Of a DNA stretch of 64,000 bases, positions 30,042 through 44,937 are shown piece by piece. Each line of letters starts with the position of its first letter. Position 1 is the first letter of the stretch. Made by a program: the position numbers and the translations under genes. Where the stretch lies: positions 44,764,001 through 44,828,000 of the forward strand of contig OZ024750.1 in the NCBI GenBank assembly GCA_964016885.1, read 5' to 3'. This stretch comes from Eledone cirrhosa (taxonomy: Eukaryota). The notes under the pieces are model-generated. The model was not told where the DNA came from and ran no database searches. It saw nothing but the letters and a program-made list of their open reading frames with translations.

Positions 30042-30333
30042 GGTCTAAAATCTATGGCAAACTCCCTCGAGCCTCTGCCCTTCTAAAATCCCGGAGAGCT
30101 CAATTTGCTGGCCACTGTCACCGTGCAAGCAATGAAATGATATCCGCTCTCTTTTTCTGGAACCCTGACTCCAGCCTGACTAGGAGTAGGAAGCTGTCAT
30201 TCCCTGACGTTATCTCTAGGGATACGAGAATCAGTAGACGGGACCTGGGGGCAGCGATGGGGGACAGCGAATTCTGAGGCATGAGAGTGAGATCCATCAT
30301 CTCGACAGCAGTCGACGAATGATGATGATGATG
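30042..30333 (+). pseudogene. RTE-type LINE 3' end inserted into a SINE, with TSD
   Basis: FAGHCHRASNEMISALFFWNP..RKLSFPDVISRDTR..AMGDSEF* with a (TGA)n tail. The 8-bp TSD acattatt lies at 30034-41 and 30334-41 inside a SINE1 copy (29950-30390). Confidence 0.8.
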
Positions 30334-30761
30334 ACATTATTTTATCGACAACGTAATGATGAAAGGCAAAACTAACCTCGGCTGATTTTAAACAAATGTA
30401 AACACATGTTTATATCGTGTCAGAGAAGTATATCTGATTTGTCTTTATTTCGTGAGTTATCCGAGAACAAGTGCCTTTAATTTATATCAATGGAGATATT
30501 AAAAGCTGATAGCTATTTATATGACATACAAACCGGGTCACAGATGAAAATAACAGTAAATCTTGTGTATTATATAAACTCAGGTAAGTTTATATTTTCT
30601 AAAGATTCAGCCAAATATATGTTTTATAAAGCTGGAGACAAATTTATGTATATATAATAATAAAAAAATAATATAACTAATCTTATATATTGAAAATCCT
30701 CAGCCAAGTTTATGTTTTGTAAAGACACCGTCAATCTATTATATATATATATGTGTATGTA

Positions 30762-30840
<79 letters not shown>

Positions 30841-31010
30841 TAAACATACAAACACACACGCATATATATATGTATATATATATATACGTGTGTGTATACA
30901 TATGCGTGTGTGTGTTTGAGTCTGTGTGTTGTGTGTCTATACACAGACACTCACAAACACAATCACACACACACTCACACACTCGCTCACACACACACAC
31001 ACACACACCA

Positions 31011-31078
<68 letters not shown>

Positions 31079-31082
<4 letters not shown>

Positions 31083-31427
31083 GAGTTAAACAAGATTCAA
31101 TGAGTACATCAAAGAATGAGTCTTACAGTAGATTGGAAGCACTCTACGAAAAATAATTTTCCAGAGTTATTAATATTAATATTAATAAAATAGATGTTAT
31201 TTTGATCAATTACATTTTATTATACATATTTCGGATGTACAACAGTACGTTCTCATCAGACAACCACCTTGATTAAATCTCAACCATTTAACATCTCAGG
31301 GTATGTCATGTATCATTACATTTTATCTGATGAGGACGTACTGTTTTACATCCGAAATATGTATAATGAAATGTAATTGATCAAAAGAACATCTATTTTA
31401 TTAATATTTGTATTTTAATATATTAAT
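31079..31427. mobile_element. Palindromic hammerhead element (family B-related) in (TA)n
   Basis: Plus-strand HHR at 31315-31377: attacattttat-CTGATGA-gga cgta ctgttt taca tcc-GAAA-tatgta-TA-atgaaatgtaat (12-bp stem I). Inverted copy at ~31205-31263. Confidence 0.85.
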
Positions 31428-31949
31428 ATATATATATATATATATATATAACCGTATCAGCAAACGTATTAGACTCTTTACTGATTTGCTGAAAAACTTG
31501 GAAAACATTGATTCAAATAAATATTCTTCGATAAGTTTGGTTATTTCCAAACTGTATCTTTTGCTAAATTGTATGTGTAAAACAACTTAAAACAACTTAA
31601 AATCTAAAAACACCTATCGAAGATTAAAATACAAGAAGCAACATAAAACAAGAAAATTCTCTTTTTGCAAATGGTCAATACTTCTAGAATAGATTATTTC
31701 AAACAATACACGAAAGTATTTACATTTAGGGTAACTGTCTGCATATTGATAAGGTCAGGCTATTGATAACGTCAACAAGACTTTGGAACCAGACCAAAAA
31801 GATTCCAAAGAGAATGATATAGATAGACGATATAAATACTCTCCATTTTACACTTGTATACTACTACATTCACTATATTATGTTTCTACTCTATTCACTA
31901 ACATTTTCTTTGAAAGAACTACAACTTTGCTTGTGACATTAATATTTTT

Positions 31950-32283
31950 ATCATCGTCTCGTGGCTGTGGTGGTCGTCGTCGTTGTCTCGCCACCATTGT
32001 TGCCGTCGTCTCGCCGTCATCGTCTCGCCGATGTCGTTGCCGTCGACTCGCCATCATCGTCTCGCCGTCGTCGCTGGCGACGTCTCGCCGTCATAGTCTC
32101 GCCGTCATAGTCTCGCCGTCATTCTCTCGCCGTCATCGTGGTCATCGTCTCGCAGTCGTCGTTGCCGTCGTCTCGCCGTCGTCTCGCCGTTGTCGTCGTT
32201 GCCATCGTATCGCTGTCGTGGTTGCCGACATCTCGCCATCATCGTCTCGCTGTCATTGTCTCGCCGTCGTCTCGGCGTTGTCT
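31950..32283. repeat. CpG-rich minisatellite (cgtctcgccgtc(at) core)
   Basis: About 14 degenerate 'tctcgcc' units interleaved with (cgt)n. Confidence 0.85.
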
Positions 32284-32552
32284 TCCTAATCATCATCAGC
32301 GACCATAATAATAAGAGTAACTGCAACAATGTTCTTCTACTGCTGCCGCAATCTCTTCTTCTTCTTCTTCTTCTTCTTCTTCTTCTTCTTCTTCTTCTTC
32401 TTCTTCTTCTTCTTCTTCTTCTTCTTCTTCTTCTTCTTCTTCTTCTTCTTCTTTATATATATATATTGTAATTGACTAGATGTTTTTCCCTGTAATTGAC
32501 TAGATGTTTTTCTTCTTCTTTTTCTTTTTCTTTTTCTTTTTCTTTTTCTTCT

Positions 32553-32611
<59 letters not shown>

Positions 32612-32614
<3 letters not shown>

Positions 32615-32787
32615 CGAGGTGTGGTAAGAAACCAGATGGACCCTAACGCACCAGAGTACTCAATACTTAGGCTAGTAGAGTGGGTAATAGGAAAATGTTT
32701 GACCCCGACGACAGGGCTCAAGCCCTTTCGACGGAAATAGCCGTCAACACGGCTTCAGCTCTGCCGTCGGGGTCAAACATTTTCCTA
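32612..32787. mobile_element. Family G palindromic element in (TA)n
   Basis: gtggtaagaaaccagatggacc..gagtactcaatactta..gaccccgacg, plus an inverted arm ending ggggtcaaacattttcc. Confidence 0.8.
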
Positions 32788-32869
32788 TATATATATATAT
32801 ACGTATATATATATATTAGTATTGGTGCCGCTCTGAAATATGAAATAACGATGTATACATCAACGATGT

Positions 32870-33210
32870 ATACATGAATGTATGTATAGTATATTTAGCA
32901 ATATATGGCATGCTTAATGAAAAACATTTAGAAGACCATTCGCTATGAATTTTCAAGTAGTGAAGTGACTTGATGTCACTTACTTATTCTCGGCAAATAA
33001 CAAGAGAGAGTGATCGACAGTCTGTTTCTCGCTTGTGAGCGTCTATGAAGACCACACACTCCGCTGCCTTTGCCGAGAATTATAGAAGCTGAATTCTTAG
33101 CCGAAAATAAGTGACATTGTCACTACTTTAAAACGCGTAACGAATGAACTTCTAAATGTTTTTAATAAAACATACAGTATATTGCTAAATATACTATACA
33201 TACATTCATA
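32870..33210. repeat. Diverged long inverted repeat in (TA)n
   Basis: atgaatgtatgtatagtatatttagcaatata.. / ..tatattgctaaatatactatacatacattcat, with arms of ~120 bp. Confidence 0.75.
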
Positions 33211-33227
33211 TATATATATATATATAG

Positions 33228-33418
33228 GGATATTAAAGTCCAGTCACTTTAGGACCACACGAGTGAGCACTCTATGCGTAGTTTCAAGTAAGTATATTGG
33301 TGTAGAACTAAGCTGAGTGTAATACTAATGATAAAAAGAGCGAAGTGTCAGGTGTTAATTACGTTTATTGAGTAGTGACGTGCGTTTCGCAATTGATCAG
33401 CTCAAGCTGATCAATCCC
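33228..33418 (-). mobile_element. Family D element with 3' hammerhead half; diverged copy at ~35655-35812(+)
   Basis: Reverse complement reads attgatcagc ttga gctgatcaat tgc GAAA cg ca cg TC actactcaataaacg..ttagttctacacc..actacgcataGAGTGCTCactcg. The same blocks occur at 35670-35800. Confidence 0.65.
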
Positions 33419-33459
33419 TCTCTCTCTCTCTTTCTCTCTCTCTCGCTCTCTCTCTTTTT

Positions 33460-33553
<94 letters not shown>

Positions 33554-33724
33554 CTGTGAGTTTATTCTATTACAACATAGTAATAAGAATTATATAACTT
33601 TGATATCCCATTGACATGACATTATTTGTATACTGAAGAACTCTTTAGTTCGTGGAGAGATAGAAAGAGTGGTAGATAGTTATATAGAGAAGGAGGGATA
33701 GAGAGACAGAGAGAGAGAGTGTGC

Positions 33725-33806
<82 letters not shown>

Positions 33807-34984
33807 GAGAGAATGTGAGGGAGATAGAGAATGTGAGAGAGAGAGAGAGTAAGAGATAAAGAGAGATAGTAAGAGATGGATAGATAGAGAAAGAGAGAAA
33901 GTTTGAGGGAGAGATGTAAAGACGGGGGGAGGGGGATAGTGGTGATAGTGGTGATGATGGTGATAGTGGTGATAGTGGTGATGATCTTGGTGATAGTGGT
34001 GACGGTGTAGGCGGCAAAGGCGGTTGGACAATGGAGAAAGGAGATGGGGTGAAGTAAGCTAGGAAAATTTGCTAGTAAGTATTTAACGAGATCGTGAGTA
34101 ACGGAAGAGAAGAGAGGATCACCAGCTGATAATGTCTAGACAGACGTTATAGAGTCACACACAATGTCAGATAGGTAGAAGTTCGTTTGAATTCTAAGGA
34201 ATAAACCCGGAATGTCCGCCTGCTCAGTGGGGAAGTCCGTTCTCAATCGATGTCTTCTACAATTACTCAAGCAATACTATCATACATCAAACACGCCACT
34301 TGAGATTTCAACAAGAATATTCGGAAGTGATTAGAGCGGCTAATAAGGGAACTTGAACTAACTCAACAACAAAAGAAAATGGCTTCTTCTTTGCATGTCT
34401 TTGTATTTTTATCTTGTATACACACACACACATACAGATACATATATATATATATATATAGATACATACATATATATATATGTGTGTGTGTGTGTTTGTT
34501 TGTTTGTATATTTTGCCTGGCTTCATTTCCTCTCGTCTCTGAAGAACATAGAAGTTCGTTTAAAACAAACAATTGTATGTAATGCCTAAAAGAAGACGTG
34601 ATAAAAGCTACAATAGAGGTCAACGAACGAAAACTAAAAAAATAATTGTTCTTGTTATTTAGTTATTTATACGCCTTTTACTTTTAATGGTTCGTCGGTT
34701 TTGCAATTTTTGCCCTCATAGGAAAAGCAAAAGGAATTGTAACATGGTCTTTGGAAAACGGAACACGTGTGATGGCAGGTTCTAGGCCAAAAAGGGAGAC
34801 AAAGGCAAATAGAGAGATAATAATGGCTGAATAGCACTGACATTAACATTGTTTATTCAGTGCAGGTGGTAGGTATAACATGTCATGCAAAGAAAGATGC
34901 AGAGGTTTGTAGAGTACGGAGTTATATTTTCACCAACGCACACGCAAACACACCCACATTGATACTTTGTTACATACATACATT

Positions 34985-35087
<103 letters not shown>

Positions 35088-35100
35088 TACATACATAGAT

Positions 35101-35149
<49 letters not shown>

Positions 35150-35178
35150 TGTGTGTGTATCTATGTATGTATATATAT

Positions 35179-35308
<130 letters not shown>

Positions 35309-35808
35309 ACATATATACATACATAGATACACACACACACACATATATATATATACACACACATGTGTGGATTTACACATAAAAAATAAAATTAGTTTCG
35401 CTCTAACATAGGGGTTAAGTAAATGCATTCGTGACTTTTATATCGAATAATTATATTCGATACGTTTACAAGCAAACTGCCTCATTACGCTGTGTTTAAA
35501 TGACCATCGTCAACCTTTTGTTCTAGACAGAGAGAAACAATCAATAATATTGTTTCTGGGTTATTGCCCTTTGTCAACATTGTGTATCTCTCTTCACATC
35601 TATATCGATCTGGCCTGACTCTGGAATAAAAAGCTCGTCAGACCGCTGCTGTGGCAATGACAATAGCCAAACGGGCGTTACTACTCAATAAACGCAATGA
35701 AAACATTACAAATTGTCCTTTTATTATTATATTTACACTTTGTTTAGTTCTACACCTTGTTACAGACTGGATACTACGCATCGAGTGCTCACTCGGCTGA
35801 TCCTACCG

Positions 35809-35868
<60 letters not shown>

Positions 35869-35993
35869 TGTAATAAACAACATAAGGCAATTATTCCATT
35901 TACCAGTGGTTTCTTAAAAGCCAAAAAATGTTGCTTTCAATCATCACAATGATAAAATCCTGGTGTTTTTATTGACGTTGGATTTATTACTTC

Positions 35994-36027
<34 letters not shown>

Positions 36028-36031
<4 letters not shown>

Positions 36032-36392
36032 CACCGTATGTTTGACTAAAGAAACTTTAGCCTGATAATGGGGTTTAGAAGCCTCAGATAAATGGAAAAA
36101 GATGAGTATTGACGTACATGGGAGTCGAACACACATCTTTGGTTATCCAGACCACTGTGCTACTATTACACCAACACATCATGTGATGTGTTGGTGTAAT
36201 GGTAGCACAGTGGTCTGGATAACCAAAGATGTGTGTTCGACTCCCATGTACGTCAATACTCATCTTTTTCCATTTATCTGAGGCTTCTAAACCCCATTAT
36301 CAGGCTAAAATTTCTTTAGTCAAAAATACGGTTAAATTTATTCTATTTTCTAATTTCAAACCTGCTCACTGTTTCAAAACATACTTACTTGT
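36028..36392. mobile_element. Head-to-head palindrome of a tRNA-headed SINE-like element in (TA)n; other copies at 15781-15915 and ~57560-57760
   Basis: Arms 36028-36181 and 36184-36339. 36185-36255 folds as a cloverleaf with A box TGGTGTAATGG and B box GTTCGACTC. Confidence 0.85.
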
Positions 36393-36826
36393 CACACATA
36401 TATATATATATATACATAAAGGTACTTTGATAAAAACAATGCATGATGTTTTCTTATTGTGGATTACAATGTTTTCACTGTGTGATATTATAGAAGAGTC
36501 TCTTCGTTAAAGAATATACCACTTTCATCTCATATTTGCACTAAAAATTGATGTGTCATATTACCTGTTTATCTACTCACACACATACAAGGCACACACA
36601 TACATATACCGACATACTCACACACTGACACGCGCGCGGGCACACACACACACAAACGCACACACACACATATATATACTGTATATGTTAAATATGGTTT
36701 CTCTCTTGGTTAAGCGTAACTGCAGGGCAGTGAATTTGTATATTAGTATCTATATTCTTCTTTTCGTAAATATAGATTATTAAGTCTACTTCAATAATTA
36801 ACGTAGTGTTAAACTAGTAACGTCAC

Positions 36827-36919
<93 letters not shown>

Positions 36920-37074
36920 TACTCTCTATGTCTCTCTCTATATATCTATATACCCTCGTATACATGCATATATGAAAGTGTGTGTTTATACATGTGCTGA
37001 TATATTTCTGTACTTTTACGCACAGAGATTCACACACACACACGCGCATATATATATATATATATGTATATATA

Positions 37075-37336
37075 ACAAAGGAAATGTGGTAAGGAACCAG
37101 ATGGACCATAACGCACCAGAGTACTCCATACTTAGGGTAGTAGAGTGGCAAATAGGAAAAAGTATGACCCCGACGGCAGAGCTCAAGCCGTTTAGACGGC
37201 TATTTCTGGACTAAATTAGAATTTTTAGCCTGGTGAATAAATAGGGCTATTTATTCACCAGGCTAAACATTCCAATTTAGTCCAGAAATAGCCGTCGTAA
37301 CGCCTTCAGCCCTGCCGTCGGTGTCATACTTTTTTC

Positions 37337-37338
<2 letters not shown>
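37075..37338. mobile_element. Family G palindromic element in (TA)n
   Basis: Same consensus as the other family G copies. Palindrome centre at ~37245 (tggtgaataaatag gg ctatttattcacca). Confidence 0.8.
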
Positions 37339-37399
<61 letters not shown>

Positions 37400-37769
37400 C
37401 CCAAGTTGAGACATTCAACCTTCAGTGGGAACAGCTTTGATATTCAGTGAGAAGATTGTAATATTTGATTTTAAAAAAATGCCCTTTTATTTATACTTTG
37501 TTTTTTCTCATATTCCATTTCTTTGATATCACAAATGTTCATATAAACACCATGAACGCTAAAATTGCATAGAAAATCACACGCACGCATGCGTAGAAAC
37601 AATCCACACACACACACACAGAGCTCTACATACATGAATGTATGCATGTATACAAACGAACGGAGGTGTGTGCTCTCCATAAAGAATTTTTAATTTGAAA
37701 AGGAAATAGCGAAATTTCTTGTCTTCCGTTTTGTTTACAAACCTCGCAATGGCGATGATGGTGATGACA

Positions 37770-37802
<33 letters not shown>

Positions 37803-37846
37803 TGGAGGAGGAGGTTGAGCAATATTAGGAGGAGGATAATAATAAT

Positions 37847-37881
<35 letters not shown>

Positions 37882-39894
37882 GGTAATGATTCTGATAATA
37901 AAATATGAGTTATGATTGTGATCATGTTGGTAAAAGCAATGACAGCCACAACGCCGACAACGACACCACCAAATAAGAACATGACCAACAAGATCAACAA
38001 CAATAATAATAATTATTATTGTTATTGTTATTATTATTATTGAAATCAGTATCATCATCATCATGGTAACAATTATATAAACTCACTGTTATAAAATCAT
38101 TATTATTATATAATTATTTCTATTATAATTTCATCTCTACAGCATTATGTCTATATAATGACTTTTATTACAACTATACCAAAAATACCTTCTCTTTTAC
38201 ATCAGACAATTGTCAAGTTTTGTTATGGTTACGGATCTAACCATTCTGACTTTCAGTTGTCTGCTGTTTTCTCTATTGTGCCAAAGCCAAGTTTTACCGC
38301 ATTTAGCCACTGACAATAGCCATATTTCATTATTATAGTTTTCTTTACAAATTATAGAACAGCTTTTCAAGCTAGCGTGTTTCCTTTACACCGTATAACG
38401 AATACTATCAATGGCGTATTTACAATTCAAAAACATTACCAAAACACCAATGTATGCTACCAGGCACTTGTAAGAATTTTGTTTGAAAATCAAAGTTTTC
38501 ATTCCGTATGGTTTTATTTGTTTATGTTATGTTTATTTACATATTTGTTAAAATTCGTTTATTTGATCTCATTGTTTTTCTTCTTTATTAAATTATATTA
38601 TATGTTCGTTCTTCTTCTTTTTTTTTATTTCATTCTTATTTAGTCAGTCTAAAATTCCTTATGTTGGTATGGAGATTGTGTTCAAATATTCAGAATGAAA
38701 AGCTATTGTTTGTGCGTTGTGTTTCCTGTCCAAAGCTGCTTTCTCCAATTTCTAAAGTAAAACTTAATCCCTGAGGCCTATTTTCGTAACCAATAATCAA
38801 CAATTTTCAACTTGCAAAGAACGTCAACAATGTGTATACAACGGTGAGTGTCGAATATTCAAAGGTGGTATCGTTGATATCAATAGAGAGAAGAAGAGAG
38901 AGTGATAGAGAGAGTGAGAAAAATGTTGAGAAGAGAGAAGAATTAAGAAAGGGACAGTGACAGAGAGAAAATGAGGGTAAAAGAAAGTTAGAAAGAGATG
39001 GATAAATATGTGACTGAGCTAGTGAGAGGAGAATTGAATAAAAGAGAGATTGAATGAATGAGTGAATTTAGTGAATGAGCGGGTTAGATAGAATAAGAGA
39101 CAAACTATGAATGAAACAAGAAGAAGACATCAACAATAACAACTGTAACATAACAATCACTACACAAAACGATACTAAACAACAAAACAATGGGAAAAAA
39201 GGTCGACAACAACGAAGACATTTCACTATTGAAATACAGAATGAAAAGAGTGTTCGTAATGTTTATATTATGTGAATAGTGAAATACCAAAAGAGCAGTT
39301 AGTGACGACTATAAGATGTCATCAACAAGAGCAAAATAACTGTTTTGGAAGATTCCATATTGAATATTTCTTTAACATGGCAAAGAGCAATAGGCTCGCC
39401 TATTATGTAGCATAGAAACACGTTAAGGTCTGCTCTGAAATGACGTCGAACTGTAGAAGACCAAAAGCAAACAAAAGGTAAATGCAAGTTTTGAGGAAAT
39501 TTAAGAATTACAATATTGTATAGAAGATATGTTTTGAAAACATCGGAATAAATGAATAGCATGATGTTTAAGATGCTTACAGCTATAACTGCGTTTATTT
39601 TCTAAGGTTTGTTATTTTGAAATTTATGAATATTTGTCTGGAAAACTGTTGGTTAAGTTTAAAGTAGAATGTTGCAAGTTTAGCAGAGTTTGTTAATTGT
39701 ATGTCAATAAATAAAAGTGGGTTGCTGATATTGAGAAATAAAGAGAGCAAATATGTATGAAAGGTTTACTCTTTTATCTTTTGATGTCGAATTTATCTAT
39801 AGATCATAGACATTCAAAACAATAACATAAAATATGTATATATATATATAAATAAATATTTGTATACATGTATATGTATATATATTTATATATA

Positions 39895-40050
39895 TAGGAA
39901 AATGTTTGACTCCGACGGCAGAGATCAAGCTTATTCCACGAACGGCTTGAGCTCTGCCGCCGGGGTCAAACATTTTTCCTATTACCCTAAGTATTGAGTA
40001 CTCTGGTGTGTTATGGTCTATCTGGTTCCTTACCACACCTCCTTCATTAT
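39895..40050. mobile_element. Family G palindromic element (opposite orientation)
   Basis: ggaaaatgtttgactccgacggcagag..ctctgccgccggggtcaaacatttttcc..gagtactctggtg..ccttaccac. Confidence 0.8.
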
Positions 40051-40343
40051 TTATATATATATCATCATCATCATCATCACTTTACGTCCGCTCGTCCTTG
40101 CTTGCAAGGACGGGACGAGTCTTATTCAGAACAGCATCTCTCCACTTGTCACGGTACTTCGTCATCTCCGCCGTGAGATATATATATATATATATACTGT
40201 ATATATATATATATATATATTTTAATATATATATATATACGCACATACACACACTCGCACACACACACGCACACACACACACACACATACACACACACAC
40301 ACACACATACACACACTCGCACACACACACGCACACACACACA

Positions 40344-40436
<93 letters not shown>

Positions 40437-40756
40437 CTGGCAAATTTGCCTGAATACAACATTCTAAAGGTCAAGAGAGATGAAAATAAAATTAAGAAAA
40501 GATAAACCTGTTTACAATGGTATATCCTGCTACCAGACGTGTCATAAGCAATATACCAACTAACCATCTTAACTTAACTTCGTTGAGTAGTTAAATGCCA
40601 AATTTGAGTTTTGTACGATGTTGCAAAACACATATTTATACAAGCGTCTGACTTCAGACATTAAAAATCAATGTATTTATAGATGGTTCTTTTGAAATAA
40701 AACCTCGTTGAGAGCGGCGAAAGATATGATCATCTATTATTCATTTTAATGGTTTA

Positions 40757-40965
40757 GGGCGGTAGATTGGCAGTATCTATAGAGGGTCGGACGCCATGCT
40801 TTACAGCAAAGAGTTATGGCCCTTTATGACCTGAGTTCAAATCCCCCGCGGTGAACTTTGCCCGGAGGTGAACTTTGCTTTCATACTTACGGAGTCAATA
40901 AAATAAACTACCAGTAATGTATTGGTACAATTGCTGGCCTTGTGCCAAAAGGTAGAAACAATTAT
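40757..40965 (+). mobile_element. SINE family 1
   Basis: Consensus match with a small internal duplication (ggtgaactttgc). Confidence 0.9.
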
Positions 40966-42225
40966 TCATATTAATGGAATATGTGTCAATAAATGTTTAG
41001 GGGGGGGTTGGCTTAGGACCTTATGATCGTGAGTTCGATTCCTGAATCATGTGACGCATTGTGTCCTTGATGAAGTCACTTTATTTTCAATATGCTTTAG
41101 TTTTTTCAACTGTCCAAAAGCCGTCGTATTCATAAACCAAATTTTCGAACGCACAGAATCTCCCTGCGAACTCCATTAAGGGTGCATGTGTCTATGAAAT
41201 TCTTCATCAATTTCATGTCAATTGTACAGGCAATCAGTTCGGTTAATTAAATAAACAAGAACATTCTTCAGCTCATCCGATATAGATTTAACGAATTGAC
41301 AAATCGAGAATGTTGAAGGGGACACCCTGGTATATTTTCAGTTGGAGTACACTTTATCCGTAACCCATGTTAACACCACCACCTGTCTAGTTAATGATAC
41401 CCTCCTCCACCCCACCCGACTCGAAACTATAGAAACGTTGTGACGATACCTCTTCCTTCCATGGCTAAAAAAGTAAAAGCACGTTACACTTCTGTGTTGG
41501 TCTCTTCACTGTATCTAGGATTAGGGGCAGCGAACTGACAGATTGGTTAGAATGAGTTTGTTCCTAATCACTGCACTCTGGTTACAAACCCTGCTCTATG
41601 AATACAAGCCCTGCACTCGGGTTACAAACCCTGCTCTATGAATACAAGCCCTGTCCAAGTCAACTTTGACTTTCACTTTTTTTAGGTCGAGGATAAAGTA
41701 CATATCGAAGAGTGAGCTCGATTCTTACTCTACAGTATATCACATTTTATCTTTCTTTGAAAGAAATCCGCCATGATCAGACCTAGGGAGGGCAAGGGCT
41801 CCGCCAGTTTAAGAAACAAATACCGACGACAGGCCATATATCACTACGTTGCATCTACGACTTTAGCAAGGGTTACGTGTCCATCCACAGTTTTAGTCAT
41901 AGGCCCGCCCAAAATTAATTGATCAAAACCATTGAATTTTCGCCCAGACTGTATTTTGTTTGGAAGTAGCTGATGTGAAAGGAGATTTCACTACTGTTTT
42001 TAACAAGTCGAGCTTGATGTAGGACGTTATTTCACAGCTAAGGATTTACAGCAGACTTCAGTTTCATTTTCAGTATTTCTCAATATATCAAGAGAAATAC
42101 GCACTACCAAGATTTCTCTTTTCACATAGTAGAGAGATATATGTTCCACTAGTCATTGAAATGTGTAGAAAATTTGTTAAGAATTATTATAGATTGGGTT
42201 TAAATCTTTTTTACTCTCCGTCTCT

Positions 42226-42290
<65 letters not shown>

Positions 42291-42388
42291 CTATCTATCT
42301 ATCTATCTATCTCTCTATCTCTCTCTGTCTCTCTCTGTCTCTCTCTCTCTCTCTCTCTCGCAATATCATTATTGACCAACATAAGATA

Positions 42389-42419
<31 letters not shown>

Positions 42420-42570
42420 GTTCGCAATAATAGTCGGATTTAAACACTGAATAAATATCATATACTCTAAATCCTTATTAAAATGGAACTTATTTACGTG
42501 TATATATATGTGTGTGTATAATATATACATAAAAACACAAACTCACATAAATATATATATATATATATAT

Positions 42571-43321
42571 ATATATGAAAAATATTTTGGAGAAGATACT
42601 GCATGGTTGCACATGGATAACATGTTATAAAATGAGTCCCTCATCAGTGATTTGCCAATGATCATTGGTATTTCATCGCATTAAAAATCATATACCTCAC
42701 GTTGGAGCGATAATAACTAAAATAAGTTATTAGGACAATAGAAACGCGTAAAGCGAGTGAGACAAGTAAACAACACAGGGAAAAGCTAACCGAAGATGGA
42801 AATAAACACAAGCAACATGGTTATTCTTTCAGCATAAGCTGTGTGAATATATGTGCGAGTTAGAAACAGACCTTTCGCTAGTGAATCCGATGTTAGAAAG
42901 AAGGAAAATCGTTTTCGAAGCGAACGGGAGGAAGTAAGAAGGGGAGAAACAGGGACTGAGTGAGTGGGAGTGCGAGTAAGAGGTCAGTAGAGAGAAAGTG
43001 TTAACTGACATGACAGAGGGGACGAAAGAAAGTAAGAGAAACAGAGAGAACGAGGGAGTAGTAAGAGAGAAAGAGAGAAACACAGAATCGCAGTTTAGGT
43101 AAATATATGAAAAATATGGGGGAGAAGAATACTGCATTGTTGCACATGGATAACATGTTATAAAATGAGTCCCTCATCAGTGATTTGCCAACGATCATTG
43201 GTATTTCATCGCATTAAAAATCATATACCTCACGTTGGAGCAATAATAACTAAAATAAGTTATTAGGACAATAGAAACGCGTAAAGCGAGTGAGACAAGT
43301 AAATAACACAGGGGAAAGCTA
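42571..43321. repeat. ~1.4-unit tandem element (532-bp period; ~215-bp terminal direct repeats) between (TA)n tracts
   Basis: 42571-42789 closely matches 43103-43321. Confidence 0.85.
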
Positions 43322-43353
43322 TATATATACATATATATATATATATATGCGTG

Positions 43354-43419
<66 letters not shown>

Positions 43420-43651
43420 TATATAAGTGTGAGTGCGTGTGTGTACATATCTTACATTGGCGAATAATATTGCTAGGTAGCAGCTGCGAGAAAACGACTG
43501 TATTTCTGTCTTGCTTCCTAGCATTTCTTATTCCTTTAGCGTGTTTTTTAATGTAAAAGACGGCGTGAAGTAAGAGTCTTTCAGGGCAGGCGTGATAACT
43601 GGTACAAGGAGCGCAATCATTGTTTCGTTTATGGCTATATATATACGTATA

Positions 43652-43810
<159 letters not shown>

Positions 43811-44937
43811 ATGTATATATATATTTATGCGTTTGCATTTTTATGTATATATTATACACACACATATATATACACTTAAATAAGTTCCATTATAATAAGG
43901 ATTTAGAGTAGATGACATTTATTCAGTGTTTAAATCCGACTATTATTGCGAACAGAATTACATTGTATTTCAATATTTTATTTCTATATTTTTTCTTCGC
44001 TTTAATCAAAGAAATAAACGTGACGTAGAACAAGCAAGGAACATTTTTTGTTGCCATATATGAAAAATGAAATGCAAACCTTTTAATGAAATGTTGTATG
44101 AATTGTCATCAGAATTTATAGCCAGAAGATATTTGTAAGCATTGAGAATGTGATTGATTCTGACAGTACTTCTGTTATCTATTCTCTTCTACTTTGATAT
44201 TTGTTTTCTAAGGTATTTGTTCTTGCTTGTGCATTTGTATATATTACAGTTTGAGCTGACATATATACCTTACTGGATAGAAAGGAGGTGGAGGTTTATA
44301 TAGTTTTTTATATCTTACTGTGAACAATACATACAAGGTGTGTAATAATGTATTGGAAGTGATATTAAACTTAGCACCAGACTATCTTTGATATATGGAA
44401 ATGTATTTAAAGATTTTTCTTATTGTATTGGCATCTTTTGTAAAACAAAATCGGAGTCCTGGTCTGTACACACGTCTCGCTGGAAAGAGCAGCTACATTT
44501 CTCTGAAAGGGCATTCTACTTCCTTTAAAAAAGAATGATACGGTGAGTAATGGATAGAAACCCTTGATGAGACGTTTGGTTCATTGGAGCTGAGACGAGT
44601 CTAAATAAAAGCAACAAGAGCAAAGCTTATAGCAGGCTGGGTAGCATGCAAGGATCGCAACTCCTTGAAGCTCTTTTGTAGACATATTGTGTACATTTTC
44701 GTATTAATCACAATCTAAAATACTTTTATAACCGTGATTCTCTTTATAGAGATTAGTTAATATAAGAACCGGAAGAGATTTAAATGGCCATCAGAATAAA
44801 TGTTTGACTATTTGGCGTTCAAATCTCACTCGCGGACGTCACACTCTTTCTTTCATCTTACCGACGGTAGACATAGTATGTAGCGGGTAAGTACAGCGAC
44901 CAATTTAGTTAATTAGGTATTATATATAATTGTTTCT

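Noticed and set aside
36185-36255. Functional tRNA gene
   Set aside because: The GGA anticodon lacks the long Ser variable arm, the T stem has a mismatch, and the sequence is embedded in a repeated element. It is better read as a SINE head.
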